A DNA stretch of 57,106 nt from a virus (lineage: Duplodnaviria; Caudoviricetes): IMG/VR virus record IMGVR_UViG_3300048897_000037, positions 1-57,106 of that record, one strand, 5' to 3'. Position numbers and translations under genes: made by a program. Positions 5,721-15,353 of this stretch are shown here, in pieces. Every line of letters begins with the position of its first letter. The first letter of the stretch is position 1. The notes beneath the pieces were generated by a model. That model was given only the letters and a program-made list of their open reading frames with translations, had not been told where the DNA came from and made no database searches.

Positions 5721-8159
5721 CTACCCGTTCAGGAACGTACCCAGGTACCGACCAAGATCAGGCCAGAACTCGCGGCCAGCCTGGCGGACCCGCTCCGTGC
5801 CCCGGATCGACTGGACCCGCAAACTGAACCGCCGGTTGCCCAGACCCCGCTCGCCCACCGTCCGGGCCCACTCCTGGTACATGGCGAACAGCTCCCCGCA
5901 CGGGATCTGGTACCCCTCGCCCTCCACCAGCACCCCGTCCAGGATCTTGTCATCCAGGAACCGGGCCACCGAGTCCGAGTCGTGCCGCTGCTCCAAGGCC
6001 TGGGCCACAATCTCCTCCGGCTCCTGCAGGCCATGGGCCAGGAATTCGCGTAGGCCGGCCAACAGCCAGTTCAGGATCCCGGCGGCCTCCGGGTACAGCA
6101 TCTTGCGAGCAAAGTCGGAGATCTCCCCTTCACCCCGGAACACGGTGGTGAACGGGATCAACTTGGTCCGGCGCCAGATCGCGTCGTCGTCGCTGTTGAA
6201 CTTGGGCGGGTTGTTGGTGGCGATCCACAGGGTGCACTCCGGCACCCACTCGATCGACTTCTCGTACAGGCCTCGGGAGGTCACCCGGTCCCGGCCGGAC
6301 AGGCGCTTGAGTAGGTCCTCATCGAAGCTGGCGTTCTCGGCGGTCTCCGAGGTGGTCACGAAACGCTTGCCCCGCAAGGCGTGCAGGTCAGCGTTGGGTC
6401 CCTGCTCATTGCGGGAGGCCCGGAACGCTCCGGCACCGGCCGTGGTGCCGTACTCCCCGAACACCTCCCGCATCGTGTCGATCAGTGTGGACTTCCCGGT
6501 ACCGGACGGCCCGTGGATCAGGAAGATGCTGCGTTGGTCTGCGTCGCCCAGCAGGGAGTACCCCAGCGCCCGCTGGATGTAGGCCCGCATGTTGGGGTTG
6601 GGGATGGCTTCGGCCATGAACTTCTCGAACCGGGGGCACTCGGCCTCCGGGAGGTAGCTGGTCCCCATGGTTTTCACCATCAGGAACTCCGGGGCGTGCT
6701 TGTGTAGCTGCTCCGTCTTCAGGTCCAGGACGCCGTTGCGCAGGTTGACCAGGTGACGTTCCGGCGCCCACTCCAGGGAGCTGTGACTCAACCCGAAGTC
6801 ACGGGCGGCGGCGATGGCGGCGTTGATCCGCTCCCGGTTGCGTGACTTGGTGATCCACTTCCGGAAGACGGTCGCCTTCTCCGGGTCCATCTGGGCTGCT
6901 TCCTCCAGCATGGACTCGGTGACCTTGACCCACTCCCGAGTGATGCCACCGGTGAAATCAGGGACCCAGGCGTCCCGCCACTCGTACCAGGTCTTCTCCT
7001 CATGCACGTAGCGCCAACGTCCCCGGATGGCCTCCACCAGCCTCATGCCATTGCCCACGTCGTCAAGGCTATAGTGCTTCTCTTCGATGGTGGTCTGTTC
7101 GTCAGCTGTGGGGACGAAATCAGCCACATCGCTGACTGTGGTCACATTTCGCCGGTCGCCGAACCCGGCCCGGGCCAGCGCCTGAGCGGCCTGGGTGTGA
7201 TCCCCGCCGTGGTTGAGCAGGGCGAAGGCGCCGAACTTGGTGTAGGGGACCTCTGCTTCGAAGATCGTCGAGGTACTGAACACGTACAGCCGGTCCCGGT
7301 CGTTGGCCCGACCGGTGGTCGCCGAGATCCCTTCGTTGATGCTCTTGCCCGGACGTACCCATTCCCGCTGCCCGTTCAGGCTGCCGGAGGCAACCTGCCA
7401 GCCATGCGGATCCAGGATGTCCAGCCAGTCGGTCTTCTGTTCGAAGTCGTCACCAGGGGTGAGCCCGGTCGAGTCGTACATCCGGGCCGGGAGCTGGGCC
7501 GGCACCACCACCGGAAGCGGAGGGGGTGTCCGGTCCAAGGCGGTCTTCAGCGCGGCGTGCAGCCGGTTGCGCTGCTCCCAGGTGATCTCCGGGAGCCGGC
7601 CGTGGTTGCCGTTGGTCAAGATCCAGGGCTGCCCGGATGGATGGCACTCGCCAGGAGTGGGGGCCACGATCACGTAGCCGCCGTCGCCTCGGGTTTCGGC
7701 CAGGCACTCCCGCATGATCCCGCCCCCGGGCGCCGGCCTGGGCGCATCCTGGGCGATCTTGGTGTTTCCGGGCACCTCGTGGTCGATGATCCGGTACAGG
7801 AGGTGCATGCCCCCGGACGGAGAGTCCTCGGCGTACCCATCCGGCCCGGTGAGCAGGTCCCAGATCCCCCCGGCGCCGGCCTCGTCCATCCGGTTGATGA
7901 TCTCGATGAGGGCGCCCGGGGCCTCCAAGGCCCGGCCCTCGATCTCGGTCATCTCCAGGTTCCCGGAGACTGCCCCACAGATCAGGGCGAGCCCGTACGC
8001 CTCGCCATTGCCCCACCAGGCGTCGATCAGCTCCGAGGAGGGCACCTCGACCTGGAACGGAGCCCACCGGAAGGCCGGTCGTTTGGTCCCGTTGGCCAGG
8101 ATTGGAACACAAGACACGCCTGCCGCTTGCCATTGACGGGCAACTTCAGCTACGCTCAC
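5721..8159 (-). CDS. DNA primase-polymerase / SF3 (D5/P4-type) helicase
   Basis: Prim-Pol motifs (KRP, SPSGGMHLLY, ETRGDGGYVIVAPT), D5_N, Walker A GPSGTGKST; GTG 8159 has GAAAGGA RBS (ORF open to 8201). Confidence 0.9.
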   Translation of the reverse strand: MSVAEVARQWQAAGVSCVPILANGTKRPAFRWAPFQVEVPSSELIDAWWGNGEAYGLALICGAVSGNLEMTEIEGRALEAPGALIEIINRMDEAGAGGIWDLLTGPDGYAEDSPSGGMHLLYRIIDHEVPGNTKIAQDAPRPAPGGGIMRECLAETRGDGGYVIVAPTPGECHPSGQPWILTNGNHGRLPEITWEQRNRLHAALKTALDRTPPPLPVVVPAQLPARMYDSTGLTPGDDFEQKTDWLDILDPHGWQVASGSLNGQREWVRPGKSINEGISATTGRANDRDRLYVFSTSTIFEAEVPYTKFGAFALLNHGGDHTQAAQALARAGFGDRRNVTTVSDVADFVPTADEQTTIEEKHYSLDDVGNGMRLVEAIRGRWRYVHEEKTWYEWRDAWVPDFTGGITREWVKVTESMLEEAAQMDPEKATVFRKWITKSRNRERINAAIAAARDFGLSHSSLEWAPERHLVNLRNGVLDLKTEQLHKHAPEFLMVKTMGTSYLPEAECPRFEKFMAEAIPNPNMRAYIQRALGYSLLGDADQRSIFLIHGPSGTGKSTLIDTMREVFGEYGTTAGAGAFRASRNEQGPNADLHALRGKRFVTTSETAENASFDEDLLKRLSGRDRVTSRGLYEKSIEWVPECTLWIATNNPPKFNSDDDAIWRRTKLIPFTTVFRGEGEISDFARKMLYPEAAGILNWLLAGLREFLAHGLQEPEEIVAQALEQRHDSDSVARFLDDKILDGVLVEGEGYQIPCGELFAMYQEWARTVGERGLGNRRFSLRVQSIRGTERVRQAGREFWPDLGRYLGTFLNG

Positions 8160-8309
8160 TCCGAGTCCTTTCATAGGCCCCCCTGGGTGTGCTACCAACA
8201 CATGGACCTGGGGGGGCTGAAGGATTTCTGATCTTGACCGGCAGCCCGGTGCCTTATCCTCGCACCCTCCGCCGTCTGAATCAACGGTCTGGCTCCCAAC
8301 CAGTCTGAG

Positions 8310-8352
8310 GGCCCCCGCTTCCCGGCAGAACCATTGGAAGCGGGGGCCTTCT
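8310..8352. terminator. terminator-like hairpin
   Basis: 13-bp IR GGCCCCCGCTTCC/GGAAGCGGGGGCC just after the stop at 8359. Confidence 0.75.
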
Positions 8353-8358
8353 CCATTT

Positions 8359-9057
8359 CTAGAACGGAATGTCCGAGTCCCCCGGCGCCCCGAACTGGGG
8401 ACCGCTGGACATGCGCTTCAGGCGGTCCATGACCTCCTGCTGCGCCGGGCTCAACACACTGATCCCGTCCGGGTTCAGCGATGTTGTCTGGGTCAACGAG
8501 GCCCGGGCTGCGGCCTCCAGGGGCGTCTCCATGGGACGCTCCGGCGGCAGCGGCAGGGAACGCTGCACCGGGACCTCCGTCGGAGCTTCCTGCTTCACCC
8601 GGTCGTCCACGTACACGGCGCTCGGGGTGAAGGTGGGATTGGCGGCGTACCACTTGTTGGCCCTGGCCACGGAGGCCGGGTCGGCCGACATGCTGGCGAT
8701 CTCGAACGGCGCGGACTGGCCTTGGGCGGCCCCACCTCGCTGCATCCGGACCAAGATCGGGTTGGGCTTGCCCACCCGAGGCTTCAGCACCCCGATCAGG
8801 CGACCCTGGCGCCACCAGGTCTTGCGAGCCAGGAGGCCAGCCTCCCCGTTCTCGTCGTACTGGTCCAGGTCCACCACATCCACGATCACAGCGTCACAGG
8901 GCGTGGTGGCCTTGCCCTCGTCGTCGTACTTGGTGAACTTGGTGGGGCTGTACTCCATGTACTCGATCGCCCACACCAGAAGCAGGTGGTTGACGATGTC
9001 TTTCGGGTAGAGCCGTGCCCCCCCGCTGTCATCAGGCTCATCCAGGCTCAGTGGCAT
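8359..9057 (-). CDS. putative ssDNA-binding protein
   Basis: acidic C-terminal DSDIPF tail; lies between exonuclease and primase. Confidence 0.55.
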   Translation of the reverse strand: MPLSLDEPDDSGGARLYPKDIVNHLLLVWAIEYMEYSPTKFTKYDDEGKATTPCDAVIVDVVDLDQYDENGEAGLLARKTWWRQGRLIGVLKPRVGKPNPILVRMQRGGAAQGQSAPFEIASMSADPASVARANKWYAANPTFTPSAVYVDDRVKQEAPTEVPVQRSLPLPPERPMETPLEAAARASLTQTTSLNPDGISVLSPAQQEVMDRLKRMSSGPQFGAPGDSDIPF

Positions 9058-9060
9058 GGT

Positions 9061-9249
9061 TCACTCCTCGGTTGCTGGTGCTGGTTCGTTGAGCTGTTGC
9101 TGTTGCGAGATGCGCAGGGTCTCGATCTCCGCCTCGGCCTCGGCCTTCGCGGTCTCCCAGCGTTCGATCATGGCGACAGCCTTGTCCCGTGCCTTGATCG
9201 CCGACGCCATGTCGGTGTACCAGGTCTCGTCGTTGTCCAATGTGTTCAC
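9061..9249 (-). CDS. small coiled-coil protein
   Basis: GTGA coupling with exonuclease gene. Confidence 0.6.
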   Translation of the reverse strand: MNTLDNDETWYTDMASAIKARDKAVAMIERWETAKAEAEAEIETLRISQQQQLNEPAPATEE

Positions 9250-10103
9250 CTCCCCGGGCATCCTGTGTTGTCCGCGCCCCGCTCCGGGTCACGGCCTGGG
9301 TCATACCAGGGACAGAACCCGCAGTGGTTGCCTGGGGTTGCGTCCATCTGTTCCCAGCGGTGCTCATTGCCCTTAGTCAATGGATCCAGCTCCACGACTT
9401 GGCGGGCGATCCCGTACATGCGTTCCAGTGCTGTCTCGGCCACAGCCCGGCTGTAGTCAGCCGACCAGACGTAGATCTTGGACAGGGTGCTGGCGCGCGG
9501 AAGGAAGACCAGCGCCACCTTCTTGACCGGGTAGCCGGCCCGTTCGAACAGGTATCCATAGATGTGGGTCTGGATCCGGTACCCGTCCGGTGGCCCTTCC
9601 TTGACCACCCTCCGCATCACGTCAACCCCGGCGGTCTTCCAGTCGATGACCGCCTCATGCTTCACGGAGTACAGGTCCGCATGACCGGTGACGATCTGGT
9701 CCAGAGCCAGCTCAGTCTCCGTGATCCACGGAGGCGTGTGCTCCTCCGTGGACAGGTTCTCCACCCACTCGGTGACGGCCTTGTCCAGCCAGGCATGGAT
9801 GGCGGTCCCGACGATGCTGGCCCACGGGTCGAACTCCACGTTGATACCTGGCAAGTCCACCAACCGGTACCCAATGCTGCGCTCACAGGGGTTGCCGATC
9901 TCGCTGGGCCCGATGTTAGTCTGCCACTCCCGGGGGTTCCGCTTGGCCTGCCACTTGATGATGTCCACCAGTTCCTGCTTCAGCAGGACACTGAACGGAT
10001 CCTGGCCCTCCACCGGCTCCTCGATCATGAGGCAGGTGGGGTGGGTGACCTGGTCCGGCGTCAGCAGCACGGACATCTCCAACCCGCAGGCCAAGCAGTT
10101 CAT
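9246..10103 (-). CDS. Cas4-like PD-(D/E)XK exonuclease
   Basis: IGPSEIGNPCER, GTAIH, GHADL, IDWKT, QxxxY, C-terminal CxxCPW...CP. Confidence 0.85.
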   Translation of the reverse strand: MNCLACGLEMSVLLTPDQVTHPTCLMIEEPVEGQDPFSVLLKQELVDIIKWQAKRNPREWQTNIGPSEIGNPCERSIGYRLVDLPGINVEFDPWASIVGTAIHAWLDKAVTEWVENLSTEEHTPPWITETELALDQIVTGHADLYSVKHEAVIDWKTAGVDVMRRVVKEGPPDGYRIQTHIYGYLFERAGYPVKKVALVFLPRASTLSKIYVWSADYSRAVAETALERMYGIARQVVELDPLTKGNEHRWEQMDATPGNHCGFCPWYDPGRDPERGADNTGCPGR

Positions 10104-10513
10104 ACGACCTCGGCCACCTTGTCCAGGTCGGCCCGGTACACCCACAGTCCCAGCAGGCCAAGGTCTTCAGCCTCGAACAGACCTTCCCGGTACCGCCGGA
10201 TCAGGAGTTCATGACTGACCCCGAGCTGCCCTGCCACGTCGTGCAGCGGCATCAGCTTCTTCAGGTGGATCTTGTGTTCGCGCAGGACGGCCAGCTGCTT
10301 CTTGGAGTGCAGCATGAACCGGCCCACTTTCATGGCGGTCTCCGGACGGATCCGGGTTCCTGGGTAGTCCTCCCAGGTGTTGTACGTCTGCGGGGACGTG
10401 TAGAGCAGGTCGGACATCGCGTTGCGCGACAGGCCCAGCCGTTCCCGCATCCTGCCAAGCTGCCCGAGCTGAACCGCCCGGTACCCGGCGGACATGATGT
10501 CGTCTTGAAGCAA
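10100..10513 (-). CDS. HTH DNA-binding protein (XRE-like plus second HTH)
   Basis: RERLGLSRNAMSDLLYTSPQTYNTWE; LHDVAGQLGVSHELL. Confidence 0.7.
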   Translation of the reverse strand: MLQDDIMSAGYRAVQLGQLGRMRERLGLSRNAMSDLLYTSPQTYNTWEDYPGTRIRPETAMKVGRFMLHSKKQLAVLREHKIHLKKLMPLHDVAGQLGVSHELLIRRYREGLFEAEDLGLLGLWVYRADLDKVAEVV

Positions 10514-10530
10514 CGCACCCCTCCCTAAGT

Positions 10531-10554
10531 GACCATGACCCTAGACCATGACCC
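10531..10554. repeat. 11-bp direct repeat, possible operator
   Basis: GACCATGACCC at 10531 and 10544. Confidence 0.6.
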
Positions 10555-10560
10555 CGACAG

Positions 10561-10597
10561 GAAACAGCCCCCCGGACCGTGTCCGAGGGGCTGTTTC
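10561..10597 (-). terminator. terminator hairpin
   Basis: GAAACAGCCCC..GGAC/GTCC..GGGGCTGTTTC. Confidence 0.75.
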
Positions 10598-10616
10598 TTC
10601 GGGGGGTGGAGAAAAG

Positions 10617-10958
10617 CTACGGGGTCGGCTCCGGAGCCGGGGCGGCCGGCGTGCCGTCGCCGTCAGCGTCGCCCAGCTCGACGCGGGCCGCGTCCAGGTC
10701 GGCCTTGATGTCGGCCACGGTCTGCACGGCGGCCGGATCACCGTCGGCGATCTGGGTCTGCAGGTCCGTGATCTGCGTGGACAGGTCGTTCAGCTTGGCG
10801 GCCACGTCGGCCTTGTAACCGTCGAAATCGGCCTTCAGGTCAGCCAGGTCGTCGGTGAGAGTCATGAGGAGCGCCTCCAGGGCGTCGAAACGAGGGGCGT
10901 AGTCCACGCCCGGGGGTACATGGACGTGGACGTGGATGTTGATATCTTCCGTTGCCAC
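10617..10958 (-). CDS. coiled-coil hypothetical protein
   Basis: GTG start divergent from TerL; acidic heptad repeats. Confidence 0.6.
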   Translation of the reverse strand: MATEDINIHVHVHVPPGVDYAPRFDALEALLMTLTDDLADLKADFDGYKADVAAKLNDLSTQITDLQTQIADGDPAAVQTVADIKADLDAARVELGDADGDGTPAAPAPEPTP

Positions 10959-10980
10959 ACCCTGGTTATACCATGATCGT

Positions 10981-12411
10981 GTGGCCCATTCACTCGCAGA
11001 GCGCGTGGCCCTCCTCCCAGAAGTTGAGCGGCGGGCCTGGTTTGAAACTCTGCCTGTCCGAATGGTCGACGAAGTCCTCCGGGATGAGTGGTGGTGGACC
11101 GCTCGCCCGGAGCAGGTCCCCCCTCCTGGGGAATGGCTAGTTTGCCTGGCTCTGGCCGGGCGCGGTTTCGGGAAGAGCCGTGCGGGTTCTGAGTGGATGG
11201 TGGAACGTGTCCTCAAGCATCCGTTTGACCGCCAAGGTGTCCCGACAGAATGGCTCGTAGTAGCAGACACTCTTTCGGACTCGCGGACGATCAACGCTGA
11301 AGGTCCTAGCGGCCTCCTCAACGTCCTCAACCGGCGCGGGGTAAAGCACCGGTATAAGCAGAACCCGCGCCCAATGATCTTGTTCCCCCAGGGAGCCAAG
11401 ATCTACCTCGAAGGGGCTGACACTCCAGACACAGGACGTGGGTACAACGCCGCTGGCATCCTCTGCGACGAGATGGCGAAGTGGCTGAAGCCCTACGAGA
11501 CCTGGTATCACGGCCTGCTGCCAGCACTCCGGGCCGACTTGGTGGACGACCACCCACGGGCGTTTGTCACGACCACGCCAAAGCCAATAGCCCTGCTGGA
11601 AGACTGGGTTTCCCGCACCGATGGAACGATCCATGTCATCTCCGGGTCCACATTCGACAATGCCAGCAACCTGTCCCGGCACGCCCTCGCCGAGATGAAG
11701 CGACAGTACGACGGTACGGCACTTGGTGAACAGGAGCTATACGGGAAGCTGCTGGAGCTTGGTGGCGGTGGCCTGTTCAAGCGCAAGGATCTCAACGACA
11801 ACCGGGTCCCGGGCGTGAAGCCCGAGGACATTGTGTCCACTGTGGTCGGTTGCGACCCCAACCTCACCGGCGAGGACGCCAACTTCGGCATCGTGGTGGC
11901 CTGCCGCTGCCGGGACGGGCACATGTACGTCCTGGCCGACCGGTCCACTCAGGACTCGGGGCGCTCGGCTGCCCTGAACGCCTGGCGGGCGGTGTCCGAG
12001 TTCCGGGCCGACCTTCTGGTCTACGAGGAGAACCTGGGCAAGCGGTACCTGGAGGAGGTTCTTCGGGACGCGTACAAGGAGTGCGTGGATCAGGGGCTGT
12101 TCCCTCCACACACCTCTCCCCCCATGCAGGCGGTCCACGCGAAGCACGGAAAGAAGACCCGGGCCGAGCCGGTGGCCATGCGGTCGGAGCAAGGCAGATT
12201 GCACATGGTCAATGTGTGGCCGGAGCTGGAGAAGGAGATGGTGAACTTCGATCCGGAGTCCACCCGGGAATCGCCGGACCGCATGGACGCCATGGTGCAC
12301 GCCTGCATCAAGCTGATGGCCGGGGAGCGCCGGCAGATGCGCATTGGGTACCCGGGGACCTACGACTTCCAGCTGGACCAGAGCATGTACGACCTGAACA
12401 GACTCATATGA
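10981..12411 (+). CDS. terL: terminase large subunit
   Basis: AGRGFGKS Walker A, ILCDE Walker B, TTTP, VVGCDP, SPDRMDA. Confidence 0.95.
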   Translation: MAHSLAERVALLPEVERRAWFETLPVRMVDEVLRDEWWWTARPEQVPPPGEWLVCLALAGRGFGKSRAGSEWMVERVLKHPFDRQGVPTEWLVVADTLSDSRTINAEGPSGLLNVLNRRGVKHRYKQNPRPMILFPQGAKIYLEGADTPDTGRGYNAAGILCDEMAKWLKPYETWYHGLLPALRADLVDDHPRAFVTTTPKPIALLEDWVSRTDGTIHVISGSTFDNASNLSRHALAEMKRQYDGTALGEQELYGKLLELGGGGLFKRKDLNDNRVPGVKPEDIVSTVVGCDPNLTGEDANFGIVVACRCRDGHMYVLADRSTQDSGRSAALNAWRAVSEFRADLLVYEENLGKRYLEEVLRDAYKECVDQGLFPPHTSPPMQAVHAKHGKKTRAEPVAMRSEQGRLHMVNVWPELEKEMVNFDPESTRESPDRMDAMVHACIKLMAGERRQMRIGYPGTYDFQLDQSMYDLNRLI

Positions 12412-12454
12412 TCGGTGCTGGCCCTTGCCATGGGCTCACCCGTACGCTATGGGC

Positions 12455-12742
12455 ATGCTGATCATCGGCCTGATCCTGGGCGTCCTCACAGTCGCGCGGC
12501 TCACTCGACTTGTGGTGACCGACCGACTTGGCGTGGACTTGCGCCGGTGGGTGGTGAACAAATGGGGGGCCGAGTCCCTGCCCTCCTACCTGGTGCATTG
12601 TCCCTGGTGTATGAGCATGTGGTTCGCGATTCCCGTGATGCCAGTGGCCGTGTTGTTCCCCAACAAATGGGTTCTGGCAGCCTTGGCCATCCCCCCCGCC
12701 TCGTACATCACCGGCCTGCTGGCAAAGGCAGAAGGGGAGTAA
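12455..12742 (+). CDS. DUF1360-like membrane protein
   Basis: VARLTRLVVTD...LVHCPWCMSMW; lies between TerL and portal. Confidence 0.75.
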   Translation: MLIIGLILGVLTVARLTRLVVTDRLGVDLRRWVVNKWGAESLPSYLVHCPWCMSMWFAIPVMPVAVLFPNKWVLAALAIPPASYITGLLAKAEGE

Positions 12743-12748
12743 CACCAC

Positions 12749-14659
12749 ATGGCCTTCACCCGCAGGAAGGCGGTGCCGACCGCCACCGGGCACGACGAAC
12801 CGGTGCAGAGTCTGGTCGCCTCGGCCGTCCGGATCACCAACCTGGAGGGTCGGGGCTGGCCGGCGTACAAGTTCGGGGACGTCACCTGGCAGACGGAGGC
12901 CTGGCGCCTCTACGACGTGATCGGGGAGCTGCACTTCCTAGCCAACTGGATCGGATCGGCTCTGTCGCGTGTGCGACTGTACGTCGCCGAGGTCGACGAC
13001 AACGGCCGGGTCCAGGGTGAAACCAAGGACAAGAAGGTGGCCGCGCTGGCCGACTCCTTGCTGGGCGGCCCAGCCCGGCGGCCGGAGCTGATCAAGGCGC
13101 TGGGAATCAACCTGACCATCGCCGGGGACGCCTACATCATCGGACGCGGGACGGACGACCCGAAGTCGGATGAGTGGTTCGTGCTCAGTTGCTCCGAGCT
13201 GAAGCGGTACACCCGGACCGGCCGCGTGGAGATGATCAGCTACACGGGCGAACCGGAGATCTTGGACCCCGAGACCGACATGATCATCCGGGTGTGGACG
13301 CCCCACCCCCGCCGGACTCTCTGGGCCGACTCCCCCACCCGGGCCGCCATGCCGATGCTGTTCGAGATCGAGCGGCTCACTCGGTACGTGTTCGCCCAGA
13401 TTGACTCCCGGCTGGTGTCCGCTGGGATCCTGCCCATCCCCAAGGAGACCTCGTTCCCAGACGAGGAAGGCCTGGAGACCAGTGGCGCCGAGGCTCTGGG
13501 CCAGGCCATCCTCCGATACGGCTCGGCCTCCCTGAAGGGGGAAGGCACGGCTGCCGGCGTGGTGCCGGTGGTGGTGGAGATGCCCCTGGAGGCACTGGGC
13601 AAGATCGGCGTGGTCGAGTTTGGGTCCACGCTCAGCTCCCAGGCCCTGGATCTGCGGGCCGAGGCCATCCGCCGGTTCGCCTTGAGCATGGACATCGACC
13701 CTTCCATCCTGTCCGGCGCCGGTGAAGCCAATCACTGGGGGGCCTGGCAGATCATGGAAGGGCAGGTGAAGATCCACATTGAGCCACTGATCGGCCGGGT
13801 GTGTGATGCCCTGACTCAGGCCTACCTGGTGGCCGCACTCAAGTCGATCAAGAAGGACCCTGACAAGTACGTCTACTGGTACGACACCGCGCCCCTCACC
13901 GTGCGTCCCGAGCGACTGAAAGACACCCGGGAGATGTACGACGCCGGCTTGGTGTCCGCCAACGCGGTCCGCCTGTCCGGGGACTACAAGGACTCCGACG
14001 CCCCCACCGATGAGGAACAGGCCCAGAAGTTCGTCCGCGAGCTGATGCTGCGCGACCCCAACCTGTTCCAGATCCCAGCCGTGCGCAACCTGGCTGGCTT
14101 CAGTGATGAGCTACTGCCCCCAGATAAAGTGTTCCCGCCACAAGGGAGTGGTCCCGGTGGCGGAGGGGCTGGGCCTCCTCCGCCACCGCCACCCCCCACC
14201 GGGATCAGCGACACCACCGCCGGCCCCATCCCGCAGGCCAGTGTCGCCCAGAACGCGCCCGGCGGCCCGCCCCCCGGCCCGCCAGCCGGCATCACGGCGG
14301 CGGCCAGTGTCGCTCCACTCAATCTGTTTGTCATCGCCAACGCCACGGTGCTGCGGGCGCTGGAGCTGGCCGGGAAGCGGCTGGCCGGCAACGACCGGCA
14401 ACAGTTCGGCTGCTCCCCCTATGAGCTGCACACCCGCATCCCGGTACAGGGCGAGGAGAAGGCCAAGAAGCTACTCAACGGGGTGTGGGAGCACCTGTCC
14501 GTGCTCGCCGAACAAGTGGACCCCACCCTGGACGTGACCCAGCTTCAGTTGGCCTTGGATGGTTACTGCACCGCGCTGCTGACGCACGGCAAGGCGCATC
14601 ATGTTGTGCTGCTTCGGGAGTACCTGACCCGGTCGGGGATCCTTCATGGGTCGCAATGA
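12749..14659 (+). CDS. portal protein
   Basis: position; WQTEAWRLYDVIGEL, RVWTPHPRR, SRLVSAGIL, ANHWGAW motifs of actinophage portals. Confidence 0.85.
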   Translation: MAFTRRKAVPTATGHDEPVQSLVASAVRITNLEGRGWPAYKFGDVTWQTEAWRLYDVIGELHFLANWIGSALSRVRLYVAEVDDNGRVQGETKDKKVAALADSLLGGPARRPELIKALGINLTIAGDAYIIGRGTDDPKSDEWFVLSCSELKRYTRTGRVEMISYTGEPEILDPETDMIIRVWTPHPRRTLWADSPTRAAMPMLFEIERLTRYVFAQIDSRLVSAGILPIPKETSFPDEEGLETSGAEALGQAILRYGSASLKGEGTAAGVVPVVVEMPLEALGKIGVVEFGSTLSSQALDLRAEAIRRFALSMDIDPSILSGAGEANHWGAWQIMEGQVKIHIEPLIGRVCDALTQAYLVAALKSIKKDPDKYVYWYDTAPLTVRPERLKDTREMYDAGLVSANAVRLSGDYKDSDAPTDEEQAQKFVRELMLRDPNLFQIPAVRNLAGFSDELLPPDKVFPPQGSGPGGGGAGPPPPPPPPTGISDTTAGPIPQASVAQNAPGGPPPGPPAGITAAASVAPLNLFVIANATVLRALELAGKRLAGNDRQQFGCSPYELHTRIPVQGEEKAKKLLNGVWEHLSVLAEQVDPTLDVTQLQLALDGYCTALLTHGKAHHVVLLREYLTRSGILHGSQ

Positions 14660-15353
14660 GGATGAGGCTCGACTGACCCAGGTGGTGGGGGGAGTCCTGC
14701 GGTCCTGGCTGGACAAGGCCCGTGCGGCCGTGATGAAGCCGTTCCAGCCGGACCCCACCCAGATCTACGGCCTTCAGGGGGCATGGGAGTCCAATGTGGA
14801 CACCATCCTTACGGAGATCGGGAAGATCGGACTGGGGGCTTGGAGTGAGGCGACCGGAGTACCGCCGGTGTCCCGGCACTCGTTCATCGTTGCCTACCTA
14901 TCGGACGTCCGGTCGCTACTGGTACGGATCCCCGATGAGGTGGCGAATCTGGTGTTCGCGGAAATCACGGATGGCGTGAACGCCGGGGAGAGCCGGGACC
15001 AGATCGCTGCCCGGATTGACAGGGTGCTCAGCTACACAGGGTCGGAGCGGTGGCCAAATCGAGCAAGAACCATTGCTCAGACGGAAACGACTCGGGCGCG
15101 TGCCGCTGGAACCATGGGTGCTGGCATCGAACAGAGCAGAGTGTCCGGCAAGCAGCTATCAAAGACCTGGCTGAGCCGTCATGATAACGACGTGCGGACT
15201 GATCATCGAGAGGTCGACGGGAAGACAGTCCCGGTCTGGATGCCCTTCCAGGTCGGTGTCTCCTCGATGCAGTTTCCGGGCGATCCCACTGCGCCCCCAG
15301 GAGAAGTGATCAACTGCCGCTGCAGTCTGGTGATCGGAGATGGAAATGGCTGA
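14646..15353 (+). CDS. MuF-like minor head protein
   Basis: RARTIAQTET, KTWLSRHDNDVRTDH, FPGDP...VINCRC. Confidence 0.85.
   Translation: MGRNEDEARLTQVVGGVLRSWLDKARAAVMKPFQPDPTQIYGLQGAWESNVDTILTEIGKIGLGAWSEATGVPPVSRHSFIVAYLSDVRSLLVRIPDEVANLVFAEITDGVNAGESRDQIAARIDRVLSYTGSERWPNRARTIAQTETTRARAAGTMGAGIEQSRVSGKQLSKTWLSRHDNDVRTDHREVDGKTVPVWMPFQVGVSSMQFPGDPTAPPGEVINCRCSLVIGDGNG

Noticed and set aside
9246-10103. Cas4-like gene as a sign of CRISPR-Cas
   Set aside because: No repeat-spacer array or other cas genes were seen; solo Cas4-like exonucleases are routine in phage replication modules.
14140-14300. Pro/Gly-rich low-complexity tract in the portal gene (also 17690-17780)
   Set aside because: Ordinary flexible linkers, not a DNA repeat element.
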